Shown: positions 28,681 through 39,652 of the stretch, one piece after another
Layout of the letters: each line of letters opens with the position of its first letter
How positions within the stretch are numbered: the first letter of the stretch is position 1
Source of the DNA: Chlamydiota bacterium
Lineage (GTDB): Bacteria; Chlamydiota; Chlamydiia; Chlamydiales; Parachlamydiaceae
Assembly (NCBI GenBank): GCA_041691035.1
Contig: JBEPVL010000004.1
Span: 10,186 to 74,185, forward strand
Direction of reading: 5' to 3'
DNA: 64,000 nucleotides
Notes under the pieces: generated by a model
The model's input: only the letters and a program-made list of their open reading frames with translations
What the model was told of the DNA's origin: nothing
Database searches by the model: none
Translations under genes and position numbers: made by a program

Positions 28681-29202
28681 ATGAAACAAAAAATCATTTA
28701 TACAATTGGTCACTCGACTAGACCAATAGAAGATTTTATTGATCTGTTAAAAAGTTACGAGATAGAGATGCTTATAGATGTTAGAACAATCCCCAAATCT
28801 AGATTCAATCCTCAATATAATGAAGAGATCTTGAATTCTGTTTTAAAAGATTCAGGCATTCGTTATCAGCATCTTACAAAATTAGGAGGATTGAGGCATA
28901 CGATTAAGGATTCTGTCAATATTGGATGGCGAAATCTTTCTTTTCGTGGTTTTGCAGACTATATGCAAACATCTCTTTTTAAGGAGGGACTTGAAGAATT
29001 GGAAACGCTGGGGAAAGAATATAAGTCTGCCATCATGTGTGCAGAGGCAGTGCCTTGGCGCTGTCATCGATCTCTTATTGCAGATGCTCTGACTGTACAC
29101 AAATGGAAAGTATTTCATATTTTAAGTAAAAAAAGTGTTAAGCTCCATGAGCTTACATCTTTTTTACACGTTAAAAAAGAACAGCTTATATATGAAAAAT
29201 AA
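28681..29202 (+). CDS. DUF488 family protein
   Basis: 173 aa. IYTIGHS, IDVR.IP.S, LGG and MCAE..PWRCHR motifs. GAGGAGA RBS. Confidence 0.7.
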   Translation: MKQKIIYTIGHSTRPIEDFIDLLKSYEIEMLIDVRTIPKSRFNPQYNEEILNSVLKDSGIRYQHLTKLGGLRHTIKDSVNIGWRNLSFRGFADYMQTSLFKEGLEELETLGKEYKSAIMCAEAVPWRCHRSLIADALTVHKWKVFHILSKKSVKLHELTSFLHVKKEQLIYEK

Positions 29203-30112
29203 AGTTTTAACTTTTTCCTTACCGGCTATTGCTCCATTTAGACTTGATTTGACGGTCTGGGCATTAAGAAGAAGAGATAGAAATATTATAGATTATTGGA
29301 ATGGAACTCAATACATAAGAGTATTTACGATAGAAAATATTCCAGTTAAAGTTCAGGTTGAACAAAATGCAATAGAGTCGCAAATTCATGTGACGGCAAA
29401 CTTTGAATACGCTATCCCAAAGCTTAAAACTAAATTATCAACTTTATTAAATCACATGTTAGGACTTCAGATAAATCTAAATTGGTTTTATGATTTGATA
29501 AAGGATGATAAATTTTTACATCCACTTGTTCTCAAATTCTTAGGAGTTAAGCCTCCACGTTTTTCAAGCATTTTTGAAGCCTTGTCAAATGCAATTTCAT
29601 GCCAGCAACTCTCTTTGGAAGCAGGACTCAGTATACAAAACAATTTTGCACAACAATATGGGATGCAGTTTAAAGAAAATGATCAGGTTTATTATGCATT
29701 TCCGGAGCCAAGTGAAGTAATAAAATGTAAATATGAAGACCTGATGAAGTTAGGATTTAGCCATCATAAAAGCGATACATTTATTGCAATAGCTACAGAA
29801 ATTTGCAATAACAAAAAAATATTTATAAATATTGAAAATACACCCAATGAAGATGTTATAAAATTATTAACTCACTTTAAGGGTATTGGAAGATGGTCTG
29901 CAGAATACGTTTTACTAAGAGGATTAGGGAGAACAGATATTCTACCTGGTGACGATGTAGCGGTCCAAAAAAACATTAAAAGGATTTTCAATCTTCATAA
30001 AAAACCGGATTACAATAAAATTAAGGAAATAGAAAAAAAATGGCATCCCTATGCTGGAATAGTTTATTTTCATTTATTGCTACAGAAATTATCTGAGAGT
30101 GATATTGTTTAA
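29192..30112 (+). CDS. DNA-3-methyladenine glycosylase II-like (AlkA/HhH-GPD family)
   Basis: HhH motif LTHFKGIGRWSAEYVLLRGLGRTDILPGDDVAV. Start chosen at the internal ATG that overlaps the DUF488 stop. Confidence 0.65.
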   Translation: MKNKVLTFSLPAIAPFRLDLTVWALRRRDRNIIDYWNGTQYIRVFTIENIPVKVQVEQNAIESQIHVTANFEYAIPKLKTKLSTLLNHMLGLQINLNWFYDLIKDDKFLHPLVLKFLGVKPPRFSSIFEALSNAISCQQLSLEAGLSIQNNFAQQYGMQFKENDQVYYAFPEPSEVIKCKYEDLMKLGFSHHKSDTFIAIATEICNNKKIFINIENTPNEDVIKLLTHFKGIGRWSAEYVLLRGLGRTDILPGDDVAVQKNIKRIFNLHKKPDYNKIKEIEKKWHPYAGIVYFHLLLQKLSESDIV

Positions 30113-30350
30113 ATTTTAACATTTCTTAAGTGTTGTTGATAGGCCAGCAATGCCCTTGTTGAGCCAAGAGTCAATTTGATAGTTCCGAACCTATAATACC
30201 GGCTGCATAGTTAGGAAAATCACTGGGAGATTTAGACCACACCTCAATGATCGGCATGAATAATTGCCATGATGCCTTTACCCGATCTTGTATACATCTA
30301 TCGTTTATGGCATATGTGACTTTAGATCAATGTTTGGAAAGAGGGTATCT

Positions 30351-31787
30351 ATGGCTACCACAAAAAAAAGTAAGAACATGAGTTACGAAATAGGCATGGT
30401 GGGTCTAGGGGTCATGGGCCGCAATTTATTATTAAATATGGCTGATCATGGCTTTTCTGTAGCTGGATATGACCGAGATAAGAGCAAAGTGGCCGCTTTA
30501 CTGAAAGAATCGAAAAAACAAAAAATTCAAGGTGCAGAAGATATTAATGAGTTTATAAATCTGTTGCGTGTGCCAAGAGCTATTATGTTGTTAGTGCCAG
30601 CAGGAGCACCTGTAGATGCTGTGATTAATGAATTAGTTCCACTATTGAAGAAAGGAGATCTGATTATTGATGCGGGAAATTCCCATTATACGGATACCAA
30701 TTTACGTGCGCAAAACTTAGCAAAAGGGGGAATCCGATTTCTTGGTGTAGGAGTTTCAGGAGGTGAGGAGGGAGCTCGTAATGGTCCAAGCATCATGCCG
30801 GGTGGACCTAAAGATGCCTATGAGAGAGTGCGGCCTATTTTAGAGGCCATTTCTGCTAATATAAACGGGGATCCATGTGTCGCTTATTTGGGTGATGGTT
30901 CAGCAGGACATTTTGTTAAAATGGTTCACAATGGCATTGAATATGGCATCATGCAGCTCATCAGCGAAACATACGATATGATGAAACGCGGTTTAGGCAT
31001 GAATGATGATCAAATTCATGATATTTTTAATGATTGGAATAAAAGTGAGCTAAATGGTTACTTGATAGAAATTACAAGTCAAATTTTTGATAAACAGGAT
31101 GCGGCAACAGGCAAACGGCTTATTGATGAAATATTGGATGTAGCGCGTCAAAAGGGCACAGGCATGTGGACTTCTCAAAGTGCTATGGAATTACAAGTAC
31201 CTACTCCCACAATCGATTTGGCAGTAGCTATGCGTGAACTATCCGTGCTTGAACAACAGCGTGTTGCTGCAGAAAAGGTCTTGCCTCGAGCAATTAGCAA
31301 ATTTAGTGGTGATAAAAAGAATCTCCTCCCGGAAATGAAAAATGCACTTTATATAGGAATGATTATCACGTATGCACAAGGTATGGCATTATTAACCGTT
31401 GCTTCAGAAAAGTTTGAATATCATTTCAAACTTGAAACAATTGCACGAATTTGGCGAGGTGGATGCATTATTCGATCTGCACTGCTTGAGGTATTTAGAG
31501 AAGCCTATCGTGCCGATTCAAATTTAGCCAATCTAATTCTTAATCCAACAATAGCAAAAATGATCACCGATCGCGAAAGTGATTTACGCAGTATTGTTTG
31601 CTCAGCTGCAGAAATAGGCGTTCCTGTTTCCGGTTTTATGACTGTATTAGGATATCTTGATAGCTATCGTTGTGTCTGGCTGCCGGCAAATCTAATTCAG
31701 GCGCAAAGAGATTTTTTTGGCTCCCATTCATACGAGCGAATCGATTCTAAAGGTACATTTCACACTCAATGGGAGCAAAATGAGTAG
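30351..31787 (+). CDS. gnd: 6-phosphogluconate dehydrogenase (decarboxylating)
   Basis: Rossmann N-terminus IGMVGLGVMGRNL. GAGGG RBS before the 30351 ATG. Overlaps the zwf start. Confidence 0.9.
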   Translation: MATTKKSKNMSYEIGMVGLGVMGRNLLLNMADHGFSVAGYDRDKSKVAALLKESKKQKIQGAEDINEFINLLRVPRAIMLLVPAGAPVDAVINELVPLLKKGDLIIDAGNSHYTDTNLRAQNLAKGGIRFLGVGVSGGEEGARNGPSIMPGGPKDAYERVRPILEAISANINGDPCVAYLGDGSAGHFVKMVHNGIEYGIMQLISETYDMMKRGLGMNDDQIHDIFNDWNKSELNGYLIEITSQIFDKQDAATGKRLIDEILDVARQKGTGMWTSQSAMELQVPTPTIDLAVAMRELSVLEQQRVAAEKVLPRAISKFSGDKKNLLPEMKNALYIGMIITYAQGMALLTVASEKFEYHFKLETIARIWRGGCIIRSALLEVFREAYRADSNLANLILNPTIAKMITDRESDLRSIVCSAAEIGVPVSGFMTVLGYLDSYRCVWLPANLIQAQRDFFGSHSYERIDSKGTFHTQWEQNE

Positions 31788-33279
31788 TCAATTGGAACCC
31801 ATACTTTTTGTTATTTTTGGCGGTGGAGACTTAACATGGCGAAAGTTAATACCCTCATTATTCGATCTTAAGCAAGATCGTGAAGGTTTCCAACATTTTG
31901 AAATTATTATCCTAGATATCATAGCTTTGGATGATAACTCCCTGCGTAATCATCTGCATAAAGGAGTAGTCAAGTTTTCAAATAATAAAGTCAATCTTGA
32001 GAACTGGAATAACTTTTCTAAGCATATTCATTATTTACAAGGAGACTTCAAACAATTAAAAACTTATAAATTTTTAAAACTTAGATGCAAAGATTTTGAA
32101 GACGCATGGGAAAGTAAGTCTAATTATATTTTTTATATGGCAACGCCTCCTCCACTCTTTGAAGTCATTCCACTCTACTTAAAAAAATCGGGTATGTCTC
32201 AAGATAAACAACGCTCACGTTTAGTAGTAGAAAAACCTATTGGACATGATCTAGATTCTGCCAAAAAACTTAATCTAATTCTTTTAGATTGCTTTGATGA
32301 GTCTCAAATTTTCCGTATTGATCACTATTTAGGTAAGGAGACAGTTCAGAATATTTTGGCTTTCCGATTTGCAAATCCTTTTTTTGAGCCCATCTGGGAT
32401 AGGCGTTATGTGAATTATGTGACCATTACCGTTGCCGAAGAAGTTGGTGTTGAACATAGAGGAGTTTACTATGAGCAAGCCGGCGCTTTAAGAGATATGG
32501 TACAAAATCATCTGATGCAATTGCTCTGTTTAGTAGCCATGGAGCCTATGGGATCATTCGATGCGAATGAAATTCGGAGTAAGAAAGTGGATGTTCTTCG
32601 CGCAATTCGACCGATTACACACACAATGGTTCATGCCAATGTTGTGAGAGGGCAATATGATGCGGGATGGATTGAAGGGGAAAAAGTACCGGGATACAGA
32701 GAAGAGAAAGGTGTTTCCTCTCACTCGCAAACAGAGACTTTTGTGGCAATGAAACTGTTAGTCGATAATTGGCGCTGGCAAGATGTGCCTTTCTATCTAC
32801 GAACGGGAAAACGACTCACACAAAGTTACTCGGAAATAGCCATACATTTCAAATCAGTTCCCCATCAATTATTTCCTCCCGAAGCTACTCTTGACTGGCA
32901 TCCTGCTAATCTAATCATTGCGATTCAACCTAAGGAAGAGATTATATTGCGATTCCAAGCCAAACATCCAGGGCCTGATATACATCTTAAAAACGTTGAA
33001 ATGCTTTTTAATTACGAAAAGGCCTTCGATACTAAAAGTCCAGAGGCCTATGAAACTTTGTTATGGGATGTGATGAAGAATGATCCAACATTATTCATGA
33101 GACAAGATCAGGTGGAAGCATCCTGGCAATTATTCATGCCGATCCTTGAGATGTGGGCTGAATCTCCTCCCAGTGATTTTCCTAACTATGCAGCTGGTAC
33201 CATGGGCCCAGAACCATCAAATTGGCTTCTGGCTCAACAAGGGCATTGCTGGCCTTTATGTGCTCAAGCTAAAAAGTAA
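31780..33279 (+). CDS. zwf: glucose-6-phosphate 1-dehydrogenase
   Basis: FVIFGGGDLTWRKL, RIDHYLGKE and the YLRTGKRL region. ATGA overlap with gnd. Confidence 0.9.
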   Translation: MSSQLEPILFVIFGGGDLTWRKLIPSLFDLKQDREGFQHFEIIILDIIALDDNSLRNHLHKGVVKFSNNKVNLENWNNFSKHIHYLQGDFKQLKTYKFLKLRCKDFEDAWESKSNYIFYMATPPPLFEVIPLYLKKSGMSQDKQRSRLVVEKPIGHDLDSAKKLNLILLDCFDESQIFRIDHYLGKETVQNILAFRFANPFFEPIWDRRYVNYVTITVAEEVGVEHRGVYYEQAGALRDMVQNHLMQLLCLVAMEPMGSFDANEIRSKKVDVLRAIRPITHTMVHANVVRGQYDAGWIEGEKVPGYREEKGVSSHSQTETFVAMKLLVDNWRWQDVPFYLRTGKRLTQSYSEIAIHFKSVPHQLFPPEATLDWHPANLIIAIQPKEEIILRFQAKHPGPDIHLKNVEMLFNYEKAFDTKSPEAYETLLWDVMKNDPTLFMRQDQVEASWQLFMPILEMWAESPPSDFPNYAAGTMGPEPSNWLLAQQGHCWPLCAQAKK

Positions 33280-33917
33280 GGAGCGGATTCAAATTATTCG
33301 TAATTAATATGGGGCTTTTATAGAGATTAATATGCCTCCACAGGAAGCCACTTGCATCACATTGGAAATAGGATGAAAGCACAAACAAACCTACATTCCT
33401 AGACCTTAAGATAAATTTATATAAATTTAAATCACTTAGGATGTGCAAGTTACAATATTAAAAAAATGCACTCGTTTGTAGCTGAGCGACCGATAGGACT
33501 AACTTTTCATTTGAGAGCCGGTTTATTGTTTTTACATTGGATCATAGTCTCGCTGGTTAATTTTATAACACAAAGAGGCTAAGATATTTGCTAATTCAAG
33601 GAAATGCGACTTAAGGCCTAGGAATGTGGGAACAAATCCCAACAATTGACGGTCGTAAATCCACAAGGGACTGATGCTGAAATGCTGGAGCTCATTTATG
33701 CTAAAACCTTTAAGTACTTTCTCAATGAGATAAACCTGCAAACTGGTTTGATTGCCGACAAGACTGAGCTCGGATTTCCTTCAAGTATAGCAGCAGTAGG
33801 TCTTGGCTTAGCAGCTATATTTCTGCCCAGTCTTATATGAGATACGATTAAAAAATGTCCATATATTATAAAAGAGTTACGCCAAGCGGGTTTTAGTGGT
33901 GGATGGATCGATTAACT

Positions 33918-35579
33918 TTAAAGTAACTCCTTTGATTTCACATAGCGCCTGATCAGGTTGTTAGTTGAGCTATCATGATTCAATTGGCTCTTCGCCCCTT
34001 TCTGAAGTTCTGGGATGATGCGCTCGGCAAGCGCTTTTCCCAGCTCGACTCCCCACTGGTCAAATGAGTCAATATTCCAAATAGCGCCTTGAGTGAAGAC
34101 GTTGTGTTCGTATAATGCGATTAACTTTCCGAGTGCCATTGGAGTCAGTCGTTCCAATAGAATCATGCTGGATGGACGATTGCCTTCGAAGGTTCGGTGC
34201 GGAACAAGCCATTCCGACGTGCCTTCTGCTTTAACCTCTTGAGGTGTTTTGCCAAAAGCCAGGGCCTCTGCTTGGGCAAAGACGTTGGCCAAAAGCAAAT
34301 TGTGGTGGCGACCAATTGGATTTAATGACTGTGTGAATGCAATAAAGTCACAGGGAACGAGCTTGGTTCCCTGATGAATGAGTTGGTAGAAGGAATGTTG
34401 GCCATTAGTGCCTGGTTCGCCCCAGTAGATCGGTCCGGTCTGGTAGGTAACCTTAATTCCATCAAGCGTGACGTGCTTGCCATTGCTTTCCATCGTCAAC
34501 TGCTGTAGATAAGCTGAGAAGCGTTTCAAGTACTGCTCATACGGAAGAACCGCAACAGTCTGGGCTGCGAAGAAGTTGTTGTACCAGATAGCAAGCAGTC
34601 CCATAAGTACGGGTAAGTTATTTTCGAAAGGGGTACTACGGAAATGCTCGTCCATCTGGTGGAAACCATCGAGCATCTCGACAAAATTGTCTGGACCTAT
34701 GGCTATCATTGTCGAAAGGCCAATCGCAGAATCCATTGAGTAACGGCCGCCGACCCAATCCCAAAATTCAAACATATTTGCAGTGTCGATACCAAACTCA
34801 GCTACCTTTTCAGCATTTGTCGAGACAGCGACGAAATGCCTTGTAACAGCAGCGGAATCCTTCAAAGTCTTGAGGGCCCATTCACGGGCAGTGTGTGCGT
34901 TGGTCATCGTCTCTAAAGTGGTAAAGGTCTTCGAAGAGATGATGAACAGTGTCTCGTCAGCATCGAGGTCGCGAGTTGCCTCGACGAAGTCAGTGCCATC
35001 GATATTAGAGACGAAGCGAAAGGTCAGGCTACGCTGACTGTAATGCCGTAATGCTTCATACGCCATCACCGGTCCCAGATCAGATCCTCCGATGCCGATA
35101 TTGATGATGTTGCGGATTGGCTTTCCAGTGTGGCCCTTCCACTCCCCATTGCGAATTCGGTTGGAAAAGGCGGACATCCTATCCAGTACGGCATGGACCT
35201 GAGGTACGACGTCTTCACCGTCCACAACGATGGATTGTCCTTTGGGGGCGCGCAAAGCCACATGCAGAACGGCCCGTTTCTCCGTGGCATTGATCTTTTC
35301 TCCCCGGAACATGGCATCGATGCGAGCCTGCAGGCCTGATTCCTTCGTCAACTGCAGAAGAAGCTTAAGCGTCTCGTCGGTGATGCGATGCTTTGAATAG
35401 TCAAAATAGATGCCAACTGCCTCTGCTGTCATATGCTCCCCGCGCTTTGGATCATCCGCAAAAAGCTTCTGAAGATGCATCTCTCGGACTTTGGGGTAAT
35501 GAGTTTCCAGGGCCTGCCATGCCGAGAGTTTTGTGAGAGAAACGCAGTTATTTGTTACTTTGTTCATGTCCTTCTCCAT
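33918..35579 (-). CDS. pgi: glucose-6-phosphate isomerase
   Basis: 553 aa. PGI signatures (SSKTFTT, GGRYS). Confidence 0.9.
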   Translation of the reverse strand: MEKDMNKVTNNCVSLTKLSAWQALETHYPKVREMHLQKLFADDPKRGEHMTAEAVGIYFDYSKHRITDETLKLLLQLTKESGLQARIDAMFRGEKINATEKRAVLHVALRAPKGQSIVVDGEDVVPQVHAVLDRMSAFSNRIRNGEWKGHTGKPIRNIINIGIGGSDLGPVMAYEALRHYSQRSLTFRFVSNIDGTDFVEATRDLDADETLFIISSKTFTTLETMTNAHTAREWALKTLKDSAAVTRHFVAVSTNAEKVAEFGIDTANMFEFWDWVGGRYSMDSAIGLSTMIAIGPDNFVEMLDGFHQMDEHFRSTPFENNLPVLMGLLAIWYNNFFAAQTVAVLPYEQYLKRFSAYLQQLTMESNGKHVTLDGIKVTYQTGPIYWGEPGTNGQHSFYQLIHQGTKLVPCDFIAFTQSLNPIGRHHNLLLANVFAQAEALAFGKTPQEVKAEGTSEWLVPHRTFEGNRPSSMILLERLTPMALGKLIALYEHNVFTQGAIWNIDSFDQWGVELGKALAERIIPELQKGAKSQLNHDSSTNNLIRRYVKSKELL

Positions 35580-35876
35580 CTATGACAAATTCATCTACCC
35601 ATCTTGACTTTTCCTAAGCTCATTCTCTATCTCGTCTTTTTTTGCTTGGCTTGGCTTTCATGAATATCGTCAACTGTTTTGATCATTTTAGGAATCTTTT
35701 TTTTCAAATTTGATTTTTTTGCGGGGTGCTCGACTCCAGCGTACACGCTTTCAATGATATTGCCGGTATCAGGTGGATAATCTTTTTTTTTGATCATAAA
35801 ACCTTATAAGTTACTAGAGTTTTTATGTGCCGAAGTCCCTAACTTTCATTACTTGCCATCATCAAGACAAATTCAT

Positions 35877-36818
35877 CTACCCATCTTGACTTTCCCTAAG
35901 CTCATTCTCTATCTCGTCTTTTTTTGTTTTGCTTGGCTTCTTTTTGTCTAATCCCATAGTCAATGCTGTCATTCCGGTGAGTCCTCCCAATTGCATCGTT
36001 TCGATGGCCGAACTGGGGACAATAACAATCGTAGAGTTCTCTTTTAATCCCTCATAAAGCATATTCATCGCTCTTAAATGCAATGCAACAGGATTGTCGA
36101 TATATGTCTTAGCTGCCTCGCCAAATTTTTCTGCCACTTGTCTCTCTGAATCTCCAAGAATGACCCGAGCTTGACGTTCTCTTTCAGCCTGAGCTTGCAT
36201 TGACATAGCATCTTCCAAAGCGGATGGAATCAGGACATCCTTGACTTCCACCGAAATCACATTGACACCCCAAGGTTCTGTTCGTTCATCGATAATTATT
36301 TGCAGTTCATTGCTAATTTTACCTCGTCCCTCAAGCATATCAGAAAGCATCGTCTTGCCAATCACATCGCGTAGGGCTGTTTGCGATGCCCACCCGATGG
36401 CACTTTTGTAATCGGCTACTTCCAGTGCGGCCTTTTTAGGATCGATCACTTTCCAAAAGAGAACCGCATCGACGTCGACTGGCACCGTATCTTTGGTCAG
36501 AGTTTTTTCCGCTTTGAACGACGTTGTGATGACCCGGATGTCGATCCAAAAAGGAATTGTATCGATAACTGGGATGATAAAAAATAATCCCGGTCCCCTT
36601 AAGGCATGGAATTGGCCCAATCGTAAAACAACGGCCCTGTCCCATTGATTTGCAACATTTATTGCAGCAGAAACGACGTATGCAATGAGAATAGCAGCAC
36701 CAATAACAAAGTAGCTCAAGTAGACTTCAGAGCTGATATATAAGGTGTATGCTAGCATTGCGCCGAGGAATAGAATTGCGAAGAAAATTAATAAAGATAA
36801 TGAGCTTTTGTTTTGCAT
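35877..36818 (-). CDS. SPFH/band-7 (stomatin/slipin-like) membrane protein
   Basis: 313 aa. N-terminal TM segments plus the SPFH domain. Confidence 0.75.
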   Translation of the reverse strand: MQNKSSLSLLIFFAILFLGAMLAYTLYISSEVYLSYFVIGAAILIAYVVSAAINVANQWDRAVVLRLGQFHALRGPGLFFIIPVIDTIPFWIDIRVITTSFKAEKTLTKDTVPVDVDAVLFWKVIDPKKAALEVADYKSAIGWASQTALRDVIGKTMLSDMLEGRGKISNELQIIIDERTEPWGVNVISVEVKDVLIPSALEDAMSMQAQAERERQARVILGDSERQVAEKFGEAAKTYIDNPVALHLRAMNMLYEGLKENSTIVIVPSSAIETMQLGGLTGMTALTMGLDKKKPSKTKKDEIENELRESQDG

Positions 36819-36833
36819 TTTAACGACCTTCTT

Positions 36834-39650
36834 TTATTTACTATTTTTTTTAGGTTCTTTAGGGGGTTCATCTTTTCGAATTTCCCGTTCCGCTTGAAGC
36901 CAGTATTCATTCGCGTGACCCTCAAGATGCCCATGCTGTTCATACAGCTCATGTGCTCGCTTGGCAATCTGCTGAGTCAAATAGGAAGCTTTGTCCTCAG
37001 TTTGCCCATCAGGTTTGATTTCGGGCTTATCCCCCGTTTTGGCTTCCGGTTTGACCTCTGGCTTGGCTTCCGACTTAGCATTAGGTTTAGTCTCTGACTT
37101 GGCCTCTGGTTTTTCGTCAGGTTTGGCGCCAGGCTTTATTTTTAATTTTTCTTCAGGGGTGGCCATATGTTTTTTCTCGGGTTTGACTGGATCGAAAATC
37201 CGATATGCAAGTAGCTTTAAGCGGTCATTAAGGAGGAACCAAGCAAGCGCATAGCCCCAAACGAACAGTGCCCAAGTCCAGCCGAGAGGTGTCATGAAGA
37301 AACCATAAACTGCTATCAACGTTGCAACCATTTGCGTAGAGAGCACGGCTCCCCATAAAATCTTTGCTGGGCGTATGGACCAAAATGGACCGCGTGTACG
37401 AGTGAGGAAAATCGTCAAATGCCCTGCCAATGATAGCTTCAAATACATCAAAGTTTGGATATGTGCACGGTCAAGATGAAAAACACGTTCACCGAGATAA
37501 AACAAACCGAAGGCCGCGACAACCCCGATGATGCCTAATGTTGTGGCAATCCCCAGTACCATACGCATATTCCAGGCTTCGGGCTGATCCTTGTAATGGA
37601 CGTTGTCATAAGCAATTGATAGAATGGCGCCATCGTTAAGCAACGCTAACATCACGATCATTACCGCTGTCAATGGGTAAAAATTAAAGACTAGAATAGC
37701 TAATGTCATAAAAAACAATACACGCAGCGTCTCTGCAATACGGTAAATTGCATAGCTGTTCATCCGTTGAAAAATTTTTCGGCTTTCCTTGATTGCATCT
37801 ATAATCACAGATAGACCTGGGGTTAGTAGCACGATGGCCGCCGCTGCACGCGCTGCGTCTGTTGCACCCGATACAGCAATTCCGCAATCGGCTTTCTTCA
37901 ACGCAGGGGAATCATTTACACCATCGCCTGTCATACCCACTATGTGACCATGTTTTTGTAGAATATCTATAATATGAAACTTGTGTTCGGGAAAAACCTG
38001 TGCGAAACCATCAGCCTTCTCGATTGATTCGGCTATCGCCGTCGTCTCTTCATGTTTGGCATCGCCCAGGCTGGAAGCATCGAGGATATTTGTTCCCATA
38101 TCTAACTTTTTTGCAGTTTCTTGGGCGATGGCTAGCGCATCGCCTGTAACCATTTTGACCTTCACTCCCATCTCTTTTGCTGTTTCGATAGTTTTCTTTG
38201 CATCTGCCCTTGGAGGATCGAAGAGAGGCAGCACACCAAGAAACTGCCATTGGCCGTTTCCTTCGTCTCGCGCCACTCCCAATGAACGAAAACCACGCGA
38301 AGCGAACTCGTTAACGGCTTTATCGACGGATGGTTTAACCTGTCCTGCATTAGCCGATAATTCCAAAATTACCTGCGGCGCACCCTTTGTCACTTTAAAT
38401 GTCTTTCCATCAGCTGCTTTGACAGTTGCTTCTGTACGTTTATGCACAGGATCAAAGGGCTGAAAATGGGTAATCTGATAACTCTTCAAAGCTTCTTTGT
38501 CTTGCAAACCACCAAGAACGGCCAAATCAATAGTATCATTATTGTCTGCGCGCGATGCCAGCGCAGCATTGAGGATGACCTGTTCAGCGGAGATATTGTT
38601 CACGCTGAATGGATCGCCTAATGTCAGTTTATTTTGTGTCAAGGTGCCGGTTTTGTCAGCGCATAATACATCTACCCCCGCCAATTCTTCAATAGCCACC
38701 AACTTACTCACGATTGCTTGCTTTTTGGCGAGCAGACGCGCTCCAACAGCCATAGTGACCGATAATACAGTCGGCATTGCGACAGGAATTGCAGCTACAG
38801 TTAGCACCAAGGCGAACTGCAACGTGGTGAGAATTGGATCGCCGCGGAAGATCGCAACGGTAATGATCACGGCCACCAGAACCACTGCTAAGATGATCAG
38901 GTAATTACCAATCTTTAAAACAGCTTTTTGAAAGTGGCTGACGGTATGAGCTTCCTGTACCAACTGTGCCGTCTTCCCAAAATAAGTGTTAGCTCCTGTG
39001 CCATATACGATTGCGCTGCTTTCGCCCTGGCGAATAATCGATCCAGAAAACACCGCCTCCCCTGATTTGTGTGTGACCGGCAACGACTCACCCGTGAGAG
39101 CAGACTGATCCACTTCTATAGGATCTCCATCCAAAAGCCGTGCATCTGCTGGCACAATATCACCAGAACGCAATCGGATGACATCCCCCGGCACTAACTC
39201 ACTCGCTGCTGGAGTGATCCATTTACCATCACGTTTCACACGAGCTTTAACCGCTAGTTTAGCTTTCAGAGCAGCGATGGCGCCTGCGGCCTGGTGTTCT
39301 TCCCAAAATCCAACTACGGCATTGGTAATAAGTAATAGTAGAATGATGAAAAAATCAGGCCAGTGCCGGACCACACCCGACAGAATCACAGCCACTTCGA
39401 TCATCCATGGAATGGGACCCCAAAAATAGGTAAGGAATTTTAGGAGAGGATTGATTGTTTTTTCTACAATTTCGTTAGGCCCATATTGAGTCAGCCGTTT
39501 TTGCGCCTCAGCTTGGGTAAGACCATTCGGTGATGACCCCAATTTTTTTTCCAAATCCGCCATGGGAAGAGACTTTAAATCTTTTGCCTCGGGCTTCGAT
39601 CCAGCTTTTACTTTGGGCGTTTTTGGCTGATCACCACCAGGTTTTTCCAT
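36834..39650 (-). CDS. P-type cation-transporting ATPase (plasma-membrane H+-ATPase-like, type III) with C-terminal K/P/E-rich repeat tail and DUF2934-like terminal domain
   Basis: 938 aa. DKTGTLT, MTGDGVNDSPALKKADCGIAV and TGES motifs. C-terminal repeats KPGAKPDEKPEAKSETKPNAKSEAKPEVKPEAK are followed by YLTQQIAKRAHELYEQHGHLEGHANEYWLQAEREI, which looks DUF2934-like. Confidence 0.8.
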   Translation of the reverse strand: MEKPGGDQPKTPKVKAGSKPEAKDLKSLPMADLEKKLGSSPNGLTQAEAQKRLTQYGPNEIVEKTINPLLKFLTYFWGPIPWMIEVAVILSGVVRHWPDFFIILLLLITNAVVGFWEEHQAAGAIAALKAKLAVKARVKRDGKWITPAASELVPGDVIRLRSGDIVPADARLLDGDPIEVDQSALTGESLPVTHKSGEAVFSGSIIRQGESSAIVYGTGANTYFGKTAQLVQEAHTVSHFQKAVLKIGNYLIILAVVLVAVIITVAIFRGDPILTTLQFALVLTVAAIPVAMPTVLSVTMAVGARLLAKKQAIVSKLVAIEELAGVDVLCADKTGTLTQNKLTLGDPFSVNNISAEQVILNAALASRADNNDTIDLAVLGGLQDKEALKSYQITHFQPFDPVHKRTEATVKAADGKTFKVTKGAPQVILELSANAGQVKPSVDKAVNEFASRGFRSLGVARDEGNGQWQFLGVLPLFDPPRADAKKTIETAKEMGVKVKMVTGDALAIAQETAKKLDMGTNILDASSLGDAKHEETTAIAESIEKADGFAQVFPEHKFHIIDILQKHGHIVGMTGDGVNDSPALKKADCGIAVSGATDAARAAAAIVLLTPGLSVIIDAIKESRKIFQRMNSYAIYRIAETLRVLFFMTLAILVFNFYPLTAVMIVMLALLNDGAILSIAYDNVHYKDQPEAWNMRMVLGIATTLGIIGVVAAFGLFYLGERVFHLDRAHIQTLMYLKLSLAGHLTIFLTRTRGPFWSIRPAKILWGAVLSTQMVATLIAVYGFFMTPLGWTWALFVWGYALAWFLLNDRLKLLAYRIFDPVKPEKKHMATPEEKLKIKPGAKPDEKPEAKSETKPNAKSEAKPEVKPEAKTGDKPEIKPDGQTEDKASYLTQQIAKRAHELYEQHGHLEGHANEYWLQAEREIRKDEPPKEPKKNSK

Positions 39651-39652
39651 GC

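Noticed and set aside
33280-33917. 640-bp zwf-pgi intergenic region with two small overlapping ORFs; possible ncRNA
   Set aside because: Neither ORF has RBS or domain support. No recognisable RNA family signature (RNase P, 6S, riboswitch) could be identified by eye. Left unannotated.
36834-37250. Tandem 15-nt DNA repeats that superficially resemble a repeat array
   Set aside because: They are in-frame coding repeats (KPEAK pentapeptides) inside the ATPase gene. There is no CRISPR-like repeat-spacer structure. No CRISPR array was found anywhere in the window.
36991-38904. Several 80-160-aa plus-strand ORFs inside the P-type ATPase gene (36991, 37981, 38497)
   Set aside because: They are antisense shadow ORFs within a strongly supported 938-aa CDS. 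The Ser/Gly/Ala-rich translations are typical of reverse-frame artefacts.
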